Origin: Hydrolagus colliei
Lineage: Eukaryota
Length of the DNA stretch: 64,000 nucleotides
NCBI GenBank assembly: GCA_035084275.1
Contig: CM068756.1
Span: 14,508,001-14,572,000, forward strand
Reading direction: 5' to 3'
Positions 12,315-24,696 of the stretch are shown here, piece after piece (position 1 is the stretch's first letter; each line of letters opens with the position of its first letter). The translations under genes and the position numbers were made by a program. The notes beneath the pieces are model-generated. The model saw nothing but the letters and a program-made list of their open reading frames with translations, did not search any database and was not told where the DNA came from.

Positions 12315-12623
12315 CAGAGACACGGAGCTCGGAGCCTGTCCCATTGCCAGTGTACTCGCCCTCCACTTTGCAGTAATACATTCCTGCATCGCTCACCCTC
12401 AATCTCTGAAGCTGAAACTCCGCGCTTGCCCTGCTTGCAATGGTGAAGGTATTTCGGGAATCTTTCTTTGCGTCTAAGAAATCACGATCTCCGTCTTTCC
12501 ACCAACGAACCTTAATTGCATTTTGATCGGAAATGAGGGGAAAGACGCAGTAAAACTTGACCGTAGAGCCTTTCTCACTTTGCAGAGAGGGGGGAATTTG
12601 CTTAATCTGGGAATTCTCAACAA
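12315..12623 (-). CDS. Gene B VJ-type Ig V exon (absent from the ORF track)
   Basis: cag| acceptor, |gtgagt donor, 309 nt, phase 1-1. Hand translation: VENSQIKQIPPSLQSEKGSTVKFYCVFPLISDQNAIKVRWWKDGDRDFLDAKKDSRNTFTIASRASAEFQLQRLRVSDAGMYYCKVEGEYTGNGTGSELRVS. Confidence 0.92.
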
Positions 12624-13025
12624 CTGTAGAGAATGGACAACATCACATCAGTAAATATCTACATACAGTATATATATATATATAGATATAAAAAACCGTC
12701 AAATATAGACACAGTTAATAATTTAAACCACTGTTCTGCTCCGTTTCCCTATGAAACACTGTCAATGCAGTTTAGTGAATTCTGTGAAGCGCGTTGAGAC
12801 GTCTCAACAAGGCTCTAATATCAAATCAAAACGTTTTTTTATTATTAATATTGTTTCAAAATAACTACGAATAGAACCAATGGTCACGCCAAAATAACAA
12901 ACCATTGTATAATTCATACAGAGACCCTGCTTTACCCTCAAATCAATCGTTTTGGAGAATTATTACTAATTAATACAGTCATTCTCAATAACTAATTATT
13001 GAAGGCTTCATTTGGAAGGACTGAC

Positions 13026-13080
13026 CTGTGTAAATCATCCCCAGGATGAATGCCCATCGAACCGAGCTCCTCACAAACAT
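13026..13080 (-). CDS. Gene B leader exon (MFVRSSVRWAFILGMIYT)
   Basis: ATG at 13080, 55 nt, phase-1 donor gtcagt, in frame with the V exon. Confidence 0.78.
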
Positions 13081-13562
13081 GTTAGACAACAGATTTAAAC
13101 GGATTTCTTCGCCAGGACTGGGCAAAGGGCTACCAAGTTATTTTGTGAATGGATTTTTTGCAGTCTTTGCCCTTAATCTGAAACCTACAACACACACACG
13201 CACACACATAAAACGGATGTCACGCTTATGGCCTGCAGTTTCCAACAAAATCGAGGTTTCCTGGCCAAGAAACTACGACCCCGAAGCTCTGAGATCGAGT
13301 TAAAGGATAACAGCTGTGGGTTGTTTATTGAAATGTTCTGTTGATCGACACTTATGCAAACTTATCGGTTCGCTTCTGTGTCAATTCACCGGCAACTTTT
13401 AACGTCATTAAATATATACATACAGTATAGTTTAACACCTTTATTTTATGTTCAGCACTCTGCATCTTTTCAGCACATTTTATTATGGTCATTCAAATCC
13501 CTATTTTATTCGTTTTTTTCACATTGTTTGGAGACCATGGTTTTATTCGTCCCTTTATAAGT

Positions 13563-13862
13563 GGAGTCCTGTGGCTCAGTGTTTGGAGCACTCGCCTCTC
13601 AAGCGAGAGACCTGGGATTGATTCCAGGCAAGTATGAAACTTTGGGGGCAAGTTTCCTTACTCCACACGTGAGAGGAAAAAAAAGCAATAATACATTGCA
13701 CATTTCAACCCTCAGCTGTTTGTGGAACACTGCTGTGGGAAATTAGTTGTCGTGTTTCGCCCACTAATATATAGTCAATTCCCTTTACAGTATATTCTCT
13801 GAAGCGCTTTCAGGCATCTAGAAGATGTGAAACGCACTTTATCAAATACAAGGATTATTGTT
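13563..13862 (+). mobile_element. tRNA-derived SINE with L2-like tail
   Basis: A-box-like GGCTCAGTG head, central ttgtcgtgtttcgccc domain, tail ctgaagcgcttt..gtgaaacgcac..atcaaatacaag. Confidence 0.75.
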
Positions 13863-14157
13863 AGTGAAATGGAAAAAAAAATCAGGTCACTCACATTCAC
13901 GCTTAAATGCCTCATCTCTAAAACACAGTTCTAGCATTGGCGACTGGGATTAAGTGAATATAGGTTAATTTGGATATAATACATTTAACAAGAAAACAAT
14001 TCCCCCATTGAAGCCTCGAGGTGAATCTTGCCATTGAGGTAAATGAAGTGCTGTAGTTCTAACTATAGCGTTCACTTCGTATTTTGTTGTAGCCAAAGTG
14101 AAATGTCAAAACGATTTCTGGTTGTTTCTCATCACTGAAGCTGATGAAGATGATTGT

Positions 14158-14470
14158 GGAGTCCTGTAGTGTAGCTCAGTGGTTAGAGCACTTGCCTTAC
14201 AAGCGCGAGACCTGTGCTCGAATCCAGGCAGGTCAGGGTGAAACCTTGGGCAAGTTTCCTTACTCCACAGGCCTAATAATAATCCCTCCAAAAAAAAAAT
14301 AACTTGCAGTTGAATCCACGACTGTTTGTGGGGCGCTGCTGTGCGCAATTGACTGCCACGTTTCAACCATAAATATATGGTCAATTCACTTTACAGTATA
14401 TTCTGTGAAGCGCTTTGAGATGTCCACAAGGTGTGAAAAGTGCGATATCAACTGCAAGGATTATTATTAT
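14158..14470 (+). mobile_element. tRNA-derived SINE, full length
   Basis: TAGCTCAGTGG A box, CTCGAATCC B box, tgactgccacgtttc core, L2-like tail ending in attattatt. Confidence 0.8.
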
Positions 14471-15014
14471 TAATGATTGCGAGACAGTGGTTCTTTCGCA
14501 AAATATTAATAATCATTGCTTTTATCACATTTTTGAGACGTTTGAAATGTGTCACAGAATATAATTTCAAGTGTAGTGACTGTATGTTTTCTGGGCGAAA
14601 CGATGCGGCTAATTGAGAACAGCAAATGTTTGTGCATTGAGCGAACAAATCTATATATGTTAAGGGCTCATTACTCCCAGAAATCAATCTATCAATTGAG
14701 CAAGTGGGTTTCTACTTATTGTAAACATAGGTGTGTGTGTGTGTGTGTGTGAAGGATTTGCCCTGCCCATGAATCAAACCCAGTTCCTCTCGTTTGTTAG
14801 GTGAGCGCTCTAACTGCTACACTACGGACTCAATCTATTATTGGCCAAATTCTATCACCACATAGACATCACAAAACGCTTCACAGAATACATTGTAAAG
14901 TATAGTGACCCTGTGTTTTGTGGGTGAAACTCAGCAGCCAACTGTGGATAATTAGATTTCTGAGACAAAAAAATTAAGCTGTAACTCGCAAATGTGGAAT
15001 GTTTGATATAGAAT

Positions 15015-15160
15015 AGGCAGCTGTGACACTGAAGTCCTGTTTATTTTGGTTTGTGAAATGTGGTTGCTGTAGTTGTTGTGATTTGACATCCATTTCTACA
15101 ATTACATTGTGAGAATAATAATGCTTCCTGTTAATAGCAGAGGAAGGTTAAACACACATC
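15015..15160. promoter_or_regulatory. Conserved non-coding element, copy 1 (RUNX TGTGGT 15059, ETS CTTCCTG 15124)
   Basis: Aligns by eye with 26320-26450 and 30075-30215. Confidence 0.5.
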
Positions 15161-16126
15161 TAAATATAAAACGTAGCATTCGGAAAGGTTGTTTTAAGCA
15201 TCAACTACACTTGGAGTCAATAGGGACAGAAATAAGCAATTTCTGCTGACAGTTCTATCCGTGCCAAATTGATAGAAATAAATAATTCCCTCTAAAGCAC
15301 ATCCCACCCCTCCAAATACCTAAATTATCATTCCATCTTCACCTTACCTTTTGTATCCAAAGACCTGACCACTGAACTTTGTTCCCACCTGTTTCTGCAC
15401 TGAGTCCTTGACGTCCAGTTTCTACCGAAACCCGAGACAGCACAGTCAAAGTAATGATCATACACTCTCTCTTTGGTTCTCTCTCACTCTGCAATGTCGG
15501 CCCTTTGGCTTTTTGTATTGCTTTGTATCCAAGGTCCTGGTCACTCAACTTTGTTCCCACGTTTTACTGCACTCGGTGCTAGAACACCTCAAGTTAAGCT
15601 TGTGCGCACAGCATAGAAAGACTAGTAACAGAAAACAAAGTCTCTCTCTCTCTGTTTGTCTGTCTCTTTCTGTCTCCATCCATCTTTGTTGCACTGCATG
15701 GCCACCTGCAGTTTCCAAGAACTGTATTTTAGGCCTCATTCTATTTCTCATTTATCTCTTTGTGATACTTTCCACGTACAAGCTACTAACTTTCGTATTT
15801 ATGTCAATCAAAGACCGCTCTTCTTTTCAACTTCCACTGTTGATTCCAGGTCCACTGAAGCTCTAACTATTTGGGTGTCAAGATGAAGATGACCCCAGAC
15901 TTCCTCTAACTTAATATGGATGATGGAAGCCATTTTCCTCCACTTCTGCAAACATTTCTTTACTCTCATTTCTTGCCGCACCCTATGTGCACCACCATTA
16001 GTGGCCATACCTCCGGTTCTTTGCCCACAAAAATACACAGAAATTTAATTTCACATTATAGGAAGTTCCTATCACTTGAATATTTAGTTGCCTTTAGGAA
16101 GACTGAAAGGATCAGAGCTGTTATTA

Positions 16127-16900
16127 TCCCAGGCAGCCACAGCGCACAAGGTCCTCTGGTCTCTCTGTACATGAATCGTGTCACCATCTTTTGCTCATTC
16201 TAGTGATCAGTCTACTGTTCAGTCGCAAGGCTACTGGGTGTCCTCAAAGAATTGAAATGAGATTTGGGCAGCAAAGCAACTGCCAAAATGGCATGGTGAT
16301 GTATTTTGATCACTGGCATGACTGCATGTGCAACAAAAACTTCCAGTCAGCCTAGACTATATCAAGGTATTTTGATCTGGTTGGGTTCTCTGTGTGTGCC
16401 ATGAACAGTGGGAATAGTGTTAAGCATAGCAAGGACCTGCAAATGTGGTATGAGTGCTTGCTGCCCAACATCGGGAAAAATCTAATGAGCAGGTGTGAAA
16501 TGCTCTCAGTGTTATTGTTGTGATGTGTGCAAATCTGATCTCTTTCACAGACCAGTGTCACTGAGTTCAACATAGTCAACTTCCACTTCATCTTGTGATC
16601 CAAGATGGATGTTGTCCACTGGGCTACAATGCATAAGGGCCCAGTTTAAGAGAGACCTCACTATGACAACCGCACATACCGCTGCAAGCCTGACATAATT
16701 TTTCTACTCAGTGTCAAGAATGATGTGACAGACAAGCCTGCCTCGGGATGTCACATCCATATGGAAGAATCTGTCAGCTGTTAAGCAATTCCTGGATCAC
16801 TACACTGAGTCTACATGTCAGGTCATGATTTTCTCAAGGAGTGAAATGTGGCATAACCTGCTCCCTCCCAACTTTGTGTAGCCTTACAATCCAATTCAAA
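16127..16900. repeat. Intergenic block paralogous to 32803-33530 (3' flank of the A2/A3 duplication unit)
   Basis: Shared strings such as gcacaaggtc..ctctctgta..atgaatc.tgtcacc and cagcctagactatatcaagg. Confidence 0.8.
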
Positions 16901-16919
16901 ATTATGTTTGTACAGCACC

Positions 16920-17740
16920 TTTCACATCAGGAGTACATCTCAAGGTACTGGATGGTCAGGGATATGGAACCAAGAAGTGGAATATTGGGGTACAGTAAAA
17001 TGGAGGGCAGGGAGGATACAAAGGTGACAAAAGAATGGTTGAAGAGGATGGTCTTGAGACACGCCTTGAAGGACTGAAGAAGTGAAGTGAAGGGAATGTG
17101 GGATGGAGTACCAAAGGTTGGGGACAGAAAGGCTGAAGGCCTGACCACTGACATTTGGGTGGTCCATGTAGGGGATGTACAGCAATCTGGTGCCAGCTGA
17201 CTGGACAGGTTGAACAGGAGTTGGCTCATCACATGGGTATGAAGGGGGAAGGCCATAGAGAGCCTTGTAGGTGCAGGCAAAGATCTGCAACTCTATCTCT
17301 GAGGGATTGGGAGCCAGTGTAGAAGAGAGGCGAAGAGTGGAGATCATGAAGTCAGGCATAGGGGAGAGCATGAATTAGAGGGTAGTCCATTATCTGCAGC
17401 TCATGGAGGTGGGAAGGAAGATGAGAGGCAAGTTGGCGTAGTCAAGCCTAGATGTGCTGAAAATGAGAATGAAGGTTTTGGTGGTTTGAGAGTTGAGACA
17501 GTGGCAAAGCCGAATGATGTTGCGGTGATGAGGTAATGCAGATGAGGTCCTGGCATGGATGCTGGTCAGAAAAGTCAGTGGGAGGGCAAGGCGGCAAGGT
17601 TCTGAATTGGATTAGTGAGTTGGAGTGTGGATCTGTCATTGGTAAAGGTGATTTGGACAGTGCCTGAAGTGCAGAGAAGCTGATAGTAGCCAATCAGGAG
17701 GGCCTCAGTGCTGTTGACATTCAACTGTAGAAAGTTTGTT
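16920..17740 (-). mobile_element. L2-like LINE 3' fragment, old, shared with the A3 unit
   Basis: Decayed L2 C-terminal and 3' UTR text (AFSFLSPTFGT, SFKACLKT); homologous to 33540-33630 plus 34890-35150. Confidence 0.7.
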
Positions 17741-18351
17741 CTAAAATACAGCAGAATTATTCGTTTATTAACACTTAGTTGTTTCATGTTAAGTGTTTTT
17801 TTTTGTGGTTCAAAGCATTTGAAAAGTTCAACTCCCACACCACAATGTTTTCACTAACATTGTATGAATAGCGACAGATTTTGTACATTCTCTTTTAAGG
17901 TAGCCCATACCAACTGATTTTTTCACGAATGCTGAAGAGACAGTTGTAGAGGAGACATATTCACGCAATTTTGTTTATTGAAAAGCTGATAGAACATGTT
18001 ACACAAAACAAAATTTCCTAACTTTTATATTCAGTTTTTAGTTTTGTAGCAGTTACAGTACAATTCAATTGTCTTTATGAGGCATACAACTAACTAGTTA
18101 TCTTTAAAAATATTATCAGATTAATATACAGAATATGTTTTTGCAATTACCTATGGCCTATAAAGGTATGGTGAGCAATGTTTTCAAATAATTTTCCTAA
18201 GGACATATCATGTAACAAATTAATCAATGCAGTTGTGTTTAAAACTGATGCAAGGAGCATTGCAGCACAAGACTAATAGTAAATTCAGTAAATTGGAAAG
18301 CTACATCTAGTCTACATCTATACACCAATAGCAGTTTCTGTGCCTGACACA

Positions 18352-18525
18352 TTATTTGGATCTTGGTTCCCTGGAGACAGCTGCTGCTCCTCCTCTGTGG
18401 TTTCTCACATGGATCTCTGCATACTCTGTATTCTCAACAGTACTTTTATGTTTCCCTGTTTTTTTTGAGCAATGTAAATCTAGAACACTGTATGTCAGAT
18501 TGTTCCCAGCTGCTCTTTGATTGTT
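18352..18525 (-). CDS. A2 terminal tail exon (LTYSVL ITIM, TEYAEI ITSM)
   Basis: cag| acceptor, phase 0, NNQRAAGNNLTYSVLDL..ENTEYAEIHVRN..PRSK-TAA. Confidence 0.8.
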   Translation of the reverse strand, partial: NNQRAAGNNLTYSVLDLHCSKKTGKHKSTVENTEYAEIHVRNHRGGAAAVSREPRSK

Positions 18526-18980
18526 CTGAAAAGGTAAAATTTGAGAATTTAATTACATTAAGTTGTCTTCCTTCAGTTTACAAACATGTCCACAAATATT
18601 TGCCAATTATTATTTGCAGCCAAACATGCTCCATTGTTTATTTGATGAAGGCACTGCTCCTCACCGAATTGAGCTTAATAGAATCTAGTGGTGAAAATTC
18701 AGTTTCATATTGGAGTAGTTGTGCGTCAACAGCAATGCTAGGCTGGGAAAGAAAAGCAAAAATCAATCAGGGTAGAAGTCGTTCAAGTGATCTGGATTAG
18801 AAACGTTTCTGTTTTGCTAAACAATGCCGGATTCTCACCATACTTTCATTGCTGGGGTCAGAGACAGGATGAAGAAAGATCAGAGGAGAATGAAACATTA
18901 ACTGCAGAAATGGATTTCATAATAAATAATAAATTGAGATCTACTACATATAATGAAGCAAGTAATATTCTGGGATATAC

Positions 18981-19091
18981 CTGGGAGTACACAGTCCTCT
19001 CGTCTTGTTTTTTAGGTCTTGGTGTTTTTTTGCAATGTTTCAAATCCACTTTGGCATAAGTCACCAACTCATTCCCTGTTCCCTGCTGTGT
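18981..19091 (-). CDS. A2 tail exon 2 (VTYAKV ITIM; TVYSQ|V)
   Basis: 111 nt, phase 0-0, cag| and |gtatat. Confidence 0.8.
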
Positions 19092-19212
19092 CTGTAAAAC
19101 AGAATGTGATAGATTGTCAACATCAATGGTCTAGAGAATCCTTTATATGTATTGATCAAAATGTCCTCAAGAATAAATATTTTTACCTAAGTTTAAAAGT
19201 TGGTGCTACCAT

Positions 19213-19525
19213 TGTGGAGTCCTGTAGATCAGTGGTTAGAACACTCACCTCACAAGCGAGAGACCCACATTTGATTCCCAGTAAGGCAAAATTATCATCA
19301 ACTTTGTTTACTGCGCACACCTGATAATAATCCCTCAAATAGAAGAAATAAATAAATTGGTCACTTCAGTCCATGACTATTTGCATCACAATGCTGTATA
19401 CAATTGGCTGCTGCATTTTGCCCAGAAATATATGGTCAATTCACTTTACAATGTATCCTGTGAAGTGCTTTGAGACGTCCAGAATACTGGAAAAGTTCTA
19501 TATGAAATGCAAGGAATTTTATTAA
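19213..19525 (+). mobile_element. tRNA-derived SINE, shared with the A3 intron (37106-37335)
   Basis: gagtcctgtagatcagtggttagaacactc head, ttggctgctgcatttt core, L2-like tail. Confidence 0.75.
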
Positions 19526-19922
19526 TATTATTTAATATATAGCATTCAAATATTTTACCCGCAAAAATCAACCAGTGTAGTAGTTGTTCATTGATCTACA
19601 GAAATATGGTATGCGCTTTTCTATATATGATTGATGTCCCAGTGCCTTATAGACTGATACAGAGAATACCTGGTCTTTCACAAGAAAAATAACTATTTGA
19701 CTCTACAGTGACAGATTCTTGCCATCATATCACAACCCAGGACAGTGCCAGAGGATTAGTATCAGTTACAGTGCCAGAGTGAAGATTAGAGAACAAAGAA
19801 AGATTAACCACAAAAATGTACAAAATATCTTACAGTAAACACTGAAGTGAGTCCAACAGAAGCAAAATAATTCAATTGGATAGAAAAGGTTTTAGTTTTG
19901 ATTCTGTGTTTCTGAGAAATAC

Positions 19923-20033
19923 GTGGGAGTACACAATGCTCTCCTCTTGCCTTTCAGGTTTTGAAATTTTCGTGGAACTAGTCAAATTTAATGGGGCATA
20001 AGACAATGGTGCATTCTCTGCTGCACGCTTTGC
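19923..20033 (-). CDS. A2 tail exon 1 (LSYAPL ITIM; IVYSH|V)
   Basis: 111 nt, phase 0-0, tag| and |gtattt. Confidence 0.8.
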
Positions 20034-20356
20034 CTATAAAACAAAATCTGATTTACAACAATAAAAATACAATGCATTTCTGAATGCATCTCAGGTTTGG
20101 ATGATGTCCTGATGGACAACATGGAGTCCTGTAGCTCTGTGGTTAGAGCACTCGCCTTACAAGCATGAGAGCTGTGTTCCAGGCAGTTCAGGGCAAAACC
20201 TTGGTCAAGTTTTCTTACTCCACACCCCTAATAATAATCCCTCCCCCCAAAAAACAATAATAGAATTGGTCATCTCAATCCACGACTGTTTATGGGACTG
20301 TGCTCAATTGGCTGCCATGTATCACCCACAAATATACAGTCAATTCACTTTACAAT

Positions 20357-20630
20357 AGTAGAGGGGAGCTGAGGAGAAATTTTTTCACTCAGCGAGTTGT
20401 TCGAATCTGGAATGCATTGCCTGAAAAGGTGGTGGAGGCTGATTCGATAACAACTTTTAAAAGGGAATTAGATCTTTATTTAGGGAGAACAGGTCTATTA
20501 GGCTATGGGGAGCGGGCAGGGCAGTGGGATTGAATCGCTCTTTTCAAAGAGCCGGCACAGACTAGATGGGCCGAATGGCCTCCTTTTGTGCCGTAAAATT
20601 CTATGAATCTATGAATCTATGAATCTATGA
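20357..20630 (+). mobile_element. Short CR1 3' fragment inserted inside a SINE (20124-20356 and 20631-20700)
   Basis: Near-identical to 3033-3305, tail (AATCTATG)n. The paralogous SINE at 38205-38525 is uninterrupted. Confidence 0.9.
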
Positions 20631-21099
20631 TGTGAAGTGCTTTGAGTCATCTAGAAGATGTAAAAAGCGCAATACCAAAATGCTGGGTTTATTATTATTA
20701 ATATCTTTCCATTCGAATAATTCTATTTTCAGGTGAAAAATCTGCTGCAATGAATTCAATAAATTTACCTGATCTTTGCAATGGCCCAATATGTGCTGAT
20801 TTCCGCACCTTAGAAAGAATTTGAAAAAAAATGTGGATATTCACTAAATTTTACATAAATAGTTTCAAATATATTTTGGTTATACTGTACCGAACAAAAA
20901 GCTGTCCAAAGACTAGAAACTCTAAGAGCCTGGTTGTAAAAGGGTAGTTGTCTTCCAACTGCCCTTCTAGTTTGAATGTTTACACATTACAACCTGGATT
21001 AAAGTCACACTAATCACATAGTTCCAGATCCTTAATGTGATTCCCTCAATTGGGGAATTGAATATAAAACCAAAGGGGGTAATGTTAAGATGAAAAATC

Positions 21100-21900
21100 A
21101 TTAATTAGACCATGATTAGAATATTGTGTGTAGGATTCTTTTCCCCACTAGAAAAGATGGAAAACATGAAATGTGATTGACCAGGATGAGACTGGGGAAG
21201 GTTGGTGTCCCTATGAGCAGATACTTTCACCTTGGAACAAAAAAGTTTGAGTAGTGACCTGCTAGAGGACTTTAAATTTATGAAGGCTTTTGATGGCATC
21301 AATGGAGAATTTATTTCCAATGATAGTTGATTCAGTGACATGAAGGCAGTGGCTAAAATTGCTATGGAATGGAAAATGTGGAGGTAAGGGTATTTATTTT
21401 TCCTTATCCTCAAACTTCGCACTCAATGGGGTATTCTATATCGTAACTAGTCTATTAGTGAGGAGGCAATAGATGAGTTCATGAGTAGACACTGCTATTC
21501 TGTAGTTAGGATATGGGATATGCCATTGAGTGTGATGGTTGAGGCGATAACAATACGAGAAGAAGTAGTCTTCTTTTCGCTTTGATAAGAGTACTCGAAG
21601 AAATACAGTAATCTAACACTTTTCAAATGGGGTAATGGAAAAAAAGCAGGTAAATTGGGGACTGAAAGTATTGCTCTTAAAAAGCAACCACAGACACAAT
21701 GGATGGGATGAGTTTCATGTATGCTGTAAATTTGTATGTTTCTATCAAGCTCTATGATAAGTATCTCTTTGTCTTTAGTTTCAGAGATCTTCCCTGTTCC
21801 CACACCCTACTCCAACACAAGAGGTGGGTGTCCTTTCATGCAGTGGCAATCATTTTTGGTTTCCATAAGACATGAATAGTGCTAAATAAATATGAAATTG
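21100..21900. mobile_element. Heavily decayed CR1-like remnants, paralogous to 39100-39900
   Basis: ttggaacaaa..agtgacctgctagag..tttatgaa..ttttgatggcatcaatggaga echoes the LFSLEQRRLRGDLIEVYKIM region and is present in both units. Confidence 0.55.
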
Positions 21901-22725
21901 TATTGCAATGTGACATCTTTCCCTATTTCCCTATGTTAAAAATTTCCCTTATACCATTTTTTCGCTATTATAATAATAGCAATACTAATAATAATCCTTG
22001 CATTTGTCATAACGTTTTTCCCATCCTCAATAAGTCTCAAAGAACTTCGCTGAATATACTGTAAATTGAATCGCCTGTATACTTGTGGGCAAAAAGTGGC
22101 AGCCAATTGCACACAACAATGTCCCACGTACATTCGTGGGTTGAATGACCAAATTATTATTATTTTTTGTTCGCAGGATTATTATCCCGGAAAAACTATC
22201 AGATTTCTACTTACTGCAGGGTAAACAGACGGGGTGGAGAAAAGCAACTGGCTCAACATTTCGCCTTCCTCGAATAGAACTTGGGTCTCTTGCGAGGCAA
22301 GTGTCCTAACCAACTGAGATACAGGACTCCATAGGTGAACAGTAGTGAACACTGGTGCTCACTGTGAACCTGGGCTCTGGTTAGTAAGGAGGCAATTGAT
22401 AAGTTCATGACTATACATACACTGCTACCAGCCGGCATTGATATCTCCACACTCCCCCCAACGCCCCCAACACCCCACTTTTCCCCGCTCCATGCTTGGC
22501 TATTAGAAATGGAATGTAAATTTTGTCACTACTTTGAATGGAACGTAAATCCTTTAAAAAGTGAAAAGAGATACAGTACTATGGGCTGAATGTCACAGCA
22601 CATGAATCATTTCCACAGCTTGACCTGATGTTGGGTTCTCTCTCATTGTTCAGCTCTAGTCTATGAAATTAATTATTCTATTAAACATTTACAAATAACA
22701 TAAATAAAGCAGGAATATATCTTAC

Positions 22726-22851
22726 CTTTCTTTTTGTTTAATTGGCATTGTTTCCTAATAGTGATGAAAAGGATCAGAAATATCAGCAGGAATGTCAGCC
22801 CTCCACCCACACACCCAGCCATCAGTCCATAGGGAGGCTGAGCGGCACCGT
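22726..22851 (-). CDS. A2 transmembrane exon
   Basis: 126 nt, phase 1-1. DGAAQPPYGLMAGCVGGGLTFLLIFLILFITIRKQCQLNKKK; no charged residue in the TM. Confidence 0.88.
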
Positions 22852-23292
22852 CTACAAGAACAGCAACAACTGAATGTGTTAATGATTCCAGCAATGAGGT
22901 TATGCTTTCATTACCTGCATCAGATCAGAAATGCGTATGCAGATTTTTTCATGAAAAAAAACTTTTTAAATTGTCCTGGCAGATCCGTTCTAAACCAACT
23001 CACCATTTATCAAAAGTCATCCAGCTCATTAACGAGACTGAGAGTGGCTCCCCAGACTACAGCTAATCTGAGCCATAAAATGTTACCAAGTAGAGGTACC
23101 AAACGGTGATAATTTAACACCCAATTTGAAGGGAAGTTTTTATCATATAATAACAACAAAATAGTACATACCACGCTTAAAGATATGCTTTTGATTCGCT
23201 CAGTTCTAATTGAGCAGAGTTCTAAGTATTTAAATGTTATAAAAGACAATTGAACAGAGCGAGAGGGTAATTATGACAGGTTGGCATCCTAC

Positions 23293-23613
23293 CATCCAAT
23301 CCTGAGTTGGGTTTAGAAACCGTGTAACTGGCAACCACTGGATTCCGAAGGGTGACATGAGATGCCAGACAGGTATAAACAACCTCTCTCTCTAAAGGCT
23401 GAGTCTCTTCCATAGAGCTGGAAATGTTGAAAAGTCCATTTGTATTCATTTCTTTCTTTGAATTGATCCCTGTTTTAACTTCATTGCCATCTTTCAGCCA
23501 CGTGAGCGTTAAATCCCCCGGGAAAAAGTCAGTCATTTCACACACAAGAGTCAGAGACTTTGAGGAATTTCCTTCAGGATCTCTGGGGAATATCTTCAGT
23601 GGAGTCGGGGGCA
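23293..23613 (-). CDS. A2 Ig C1 exon
   Basis: 321 nt, phase 1-1. LVCEMTDFFPGDLTLTWLKDG..YTCLASHVTL. Confidence 0.9.
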
Positions 23614-24696
23614 CTGGAGGACAGAGAATAGAGCAGAATCATGTAATTTGTGATGAGTTGGAATATATAACTTTATGCTCATTTGAATTGTACAATAGCT
23701 GTTTCCTTCTTCACGAGCAGCGAAGAAATTGGAATGAAAGCTGAGCCACCATTCTAGAGCAACAACAGGCCACATTATACACCGCCCTCATTCAGGATAG
23801 TGACCTTAATGCAGATTTAAATAGAGATTTTGCCACACATAGAGAAAGACGCAACAAATTCCCATTCACATCAAAACTAGTTTTCTTCCACTCTATTAAT
23901 CTACATTTTAATAAGATTTCAACTGATTTACAAGAGGTACAATGTGTGTTTCGAAACCATTCGATAGCTGTGTGGGGAACATTGTTGAGCGTGAAATGCT
24001 CTCTTGTTTTCTAAATTGTTGCCTTCTGCCTTTCATATTAACAATAACAATAATAATCCTGGCATTGGATGCAGCATTTTAGACATTATTAATGTACCTC
24101 AAATCGCTGCACATAGTACAGTGTGAAGTGGATTGATTGTGTGTGACTTTGGGTGACATTTAGAGAGAAAAAAATGGAACTGAATAAACGAACATTTGAT
24201 CGACCATGGGTGGCCTCCACACAGCAATGTGCCATAAATAGTCAAGAAACAAGTAACTAAATTTTACTGGGTAATTCACTGCTCAGCCCAGGCCCAGGAA
24301 GGATCTCTCTCCTCCACTTTCATTGTACCAAAGCATCTTTAATATCCACCCAAACAAGCAGAAACAACCTCGGGTTAAATATTTCCCCAAACAGTGGGCA
24401 ATATAAAGTATATTGGGACATTCTGGGACAATCTGAATCAATCCATAGAATAAAATTCACATACAGCAATGTTCTAGTGATGGTGGTATGGAGGTATGAA
24501 TGTGTTTGAAAGCAAAATGCTTATCACATTTATAGAGCAAGTCACCTTCCCATTTGTGGTGTTTGATGATATATTTGCCGGCTCAGATCAGTACAGTAAT
24601 GAAGGGCAAATGTTAATAATTTATCCAGATCGATTCCAAAACGCAACGAAGCGTCGCCTTTGGAATATTCTACATTACCTTTGTATTCACACTTAC

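Noticed and set aside
13895-13937. ATG..|gtgagt candidate first exon for B (MLELCFRDEAFKRE)
   Set aside because: Not signal-peptide-like. A proper leader exists at 13026-13080.
14158-14240. tRNA-like sequences with A/B boxes
   Set aside because: They are SINE heads: no complete acceptor stem, and they continue into SINE body and tail.
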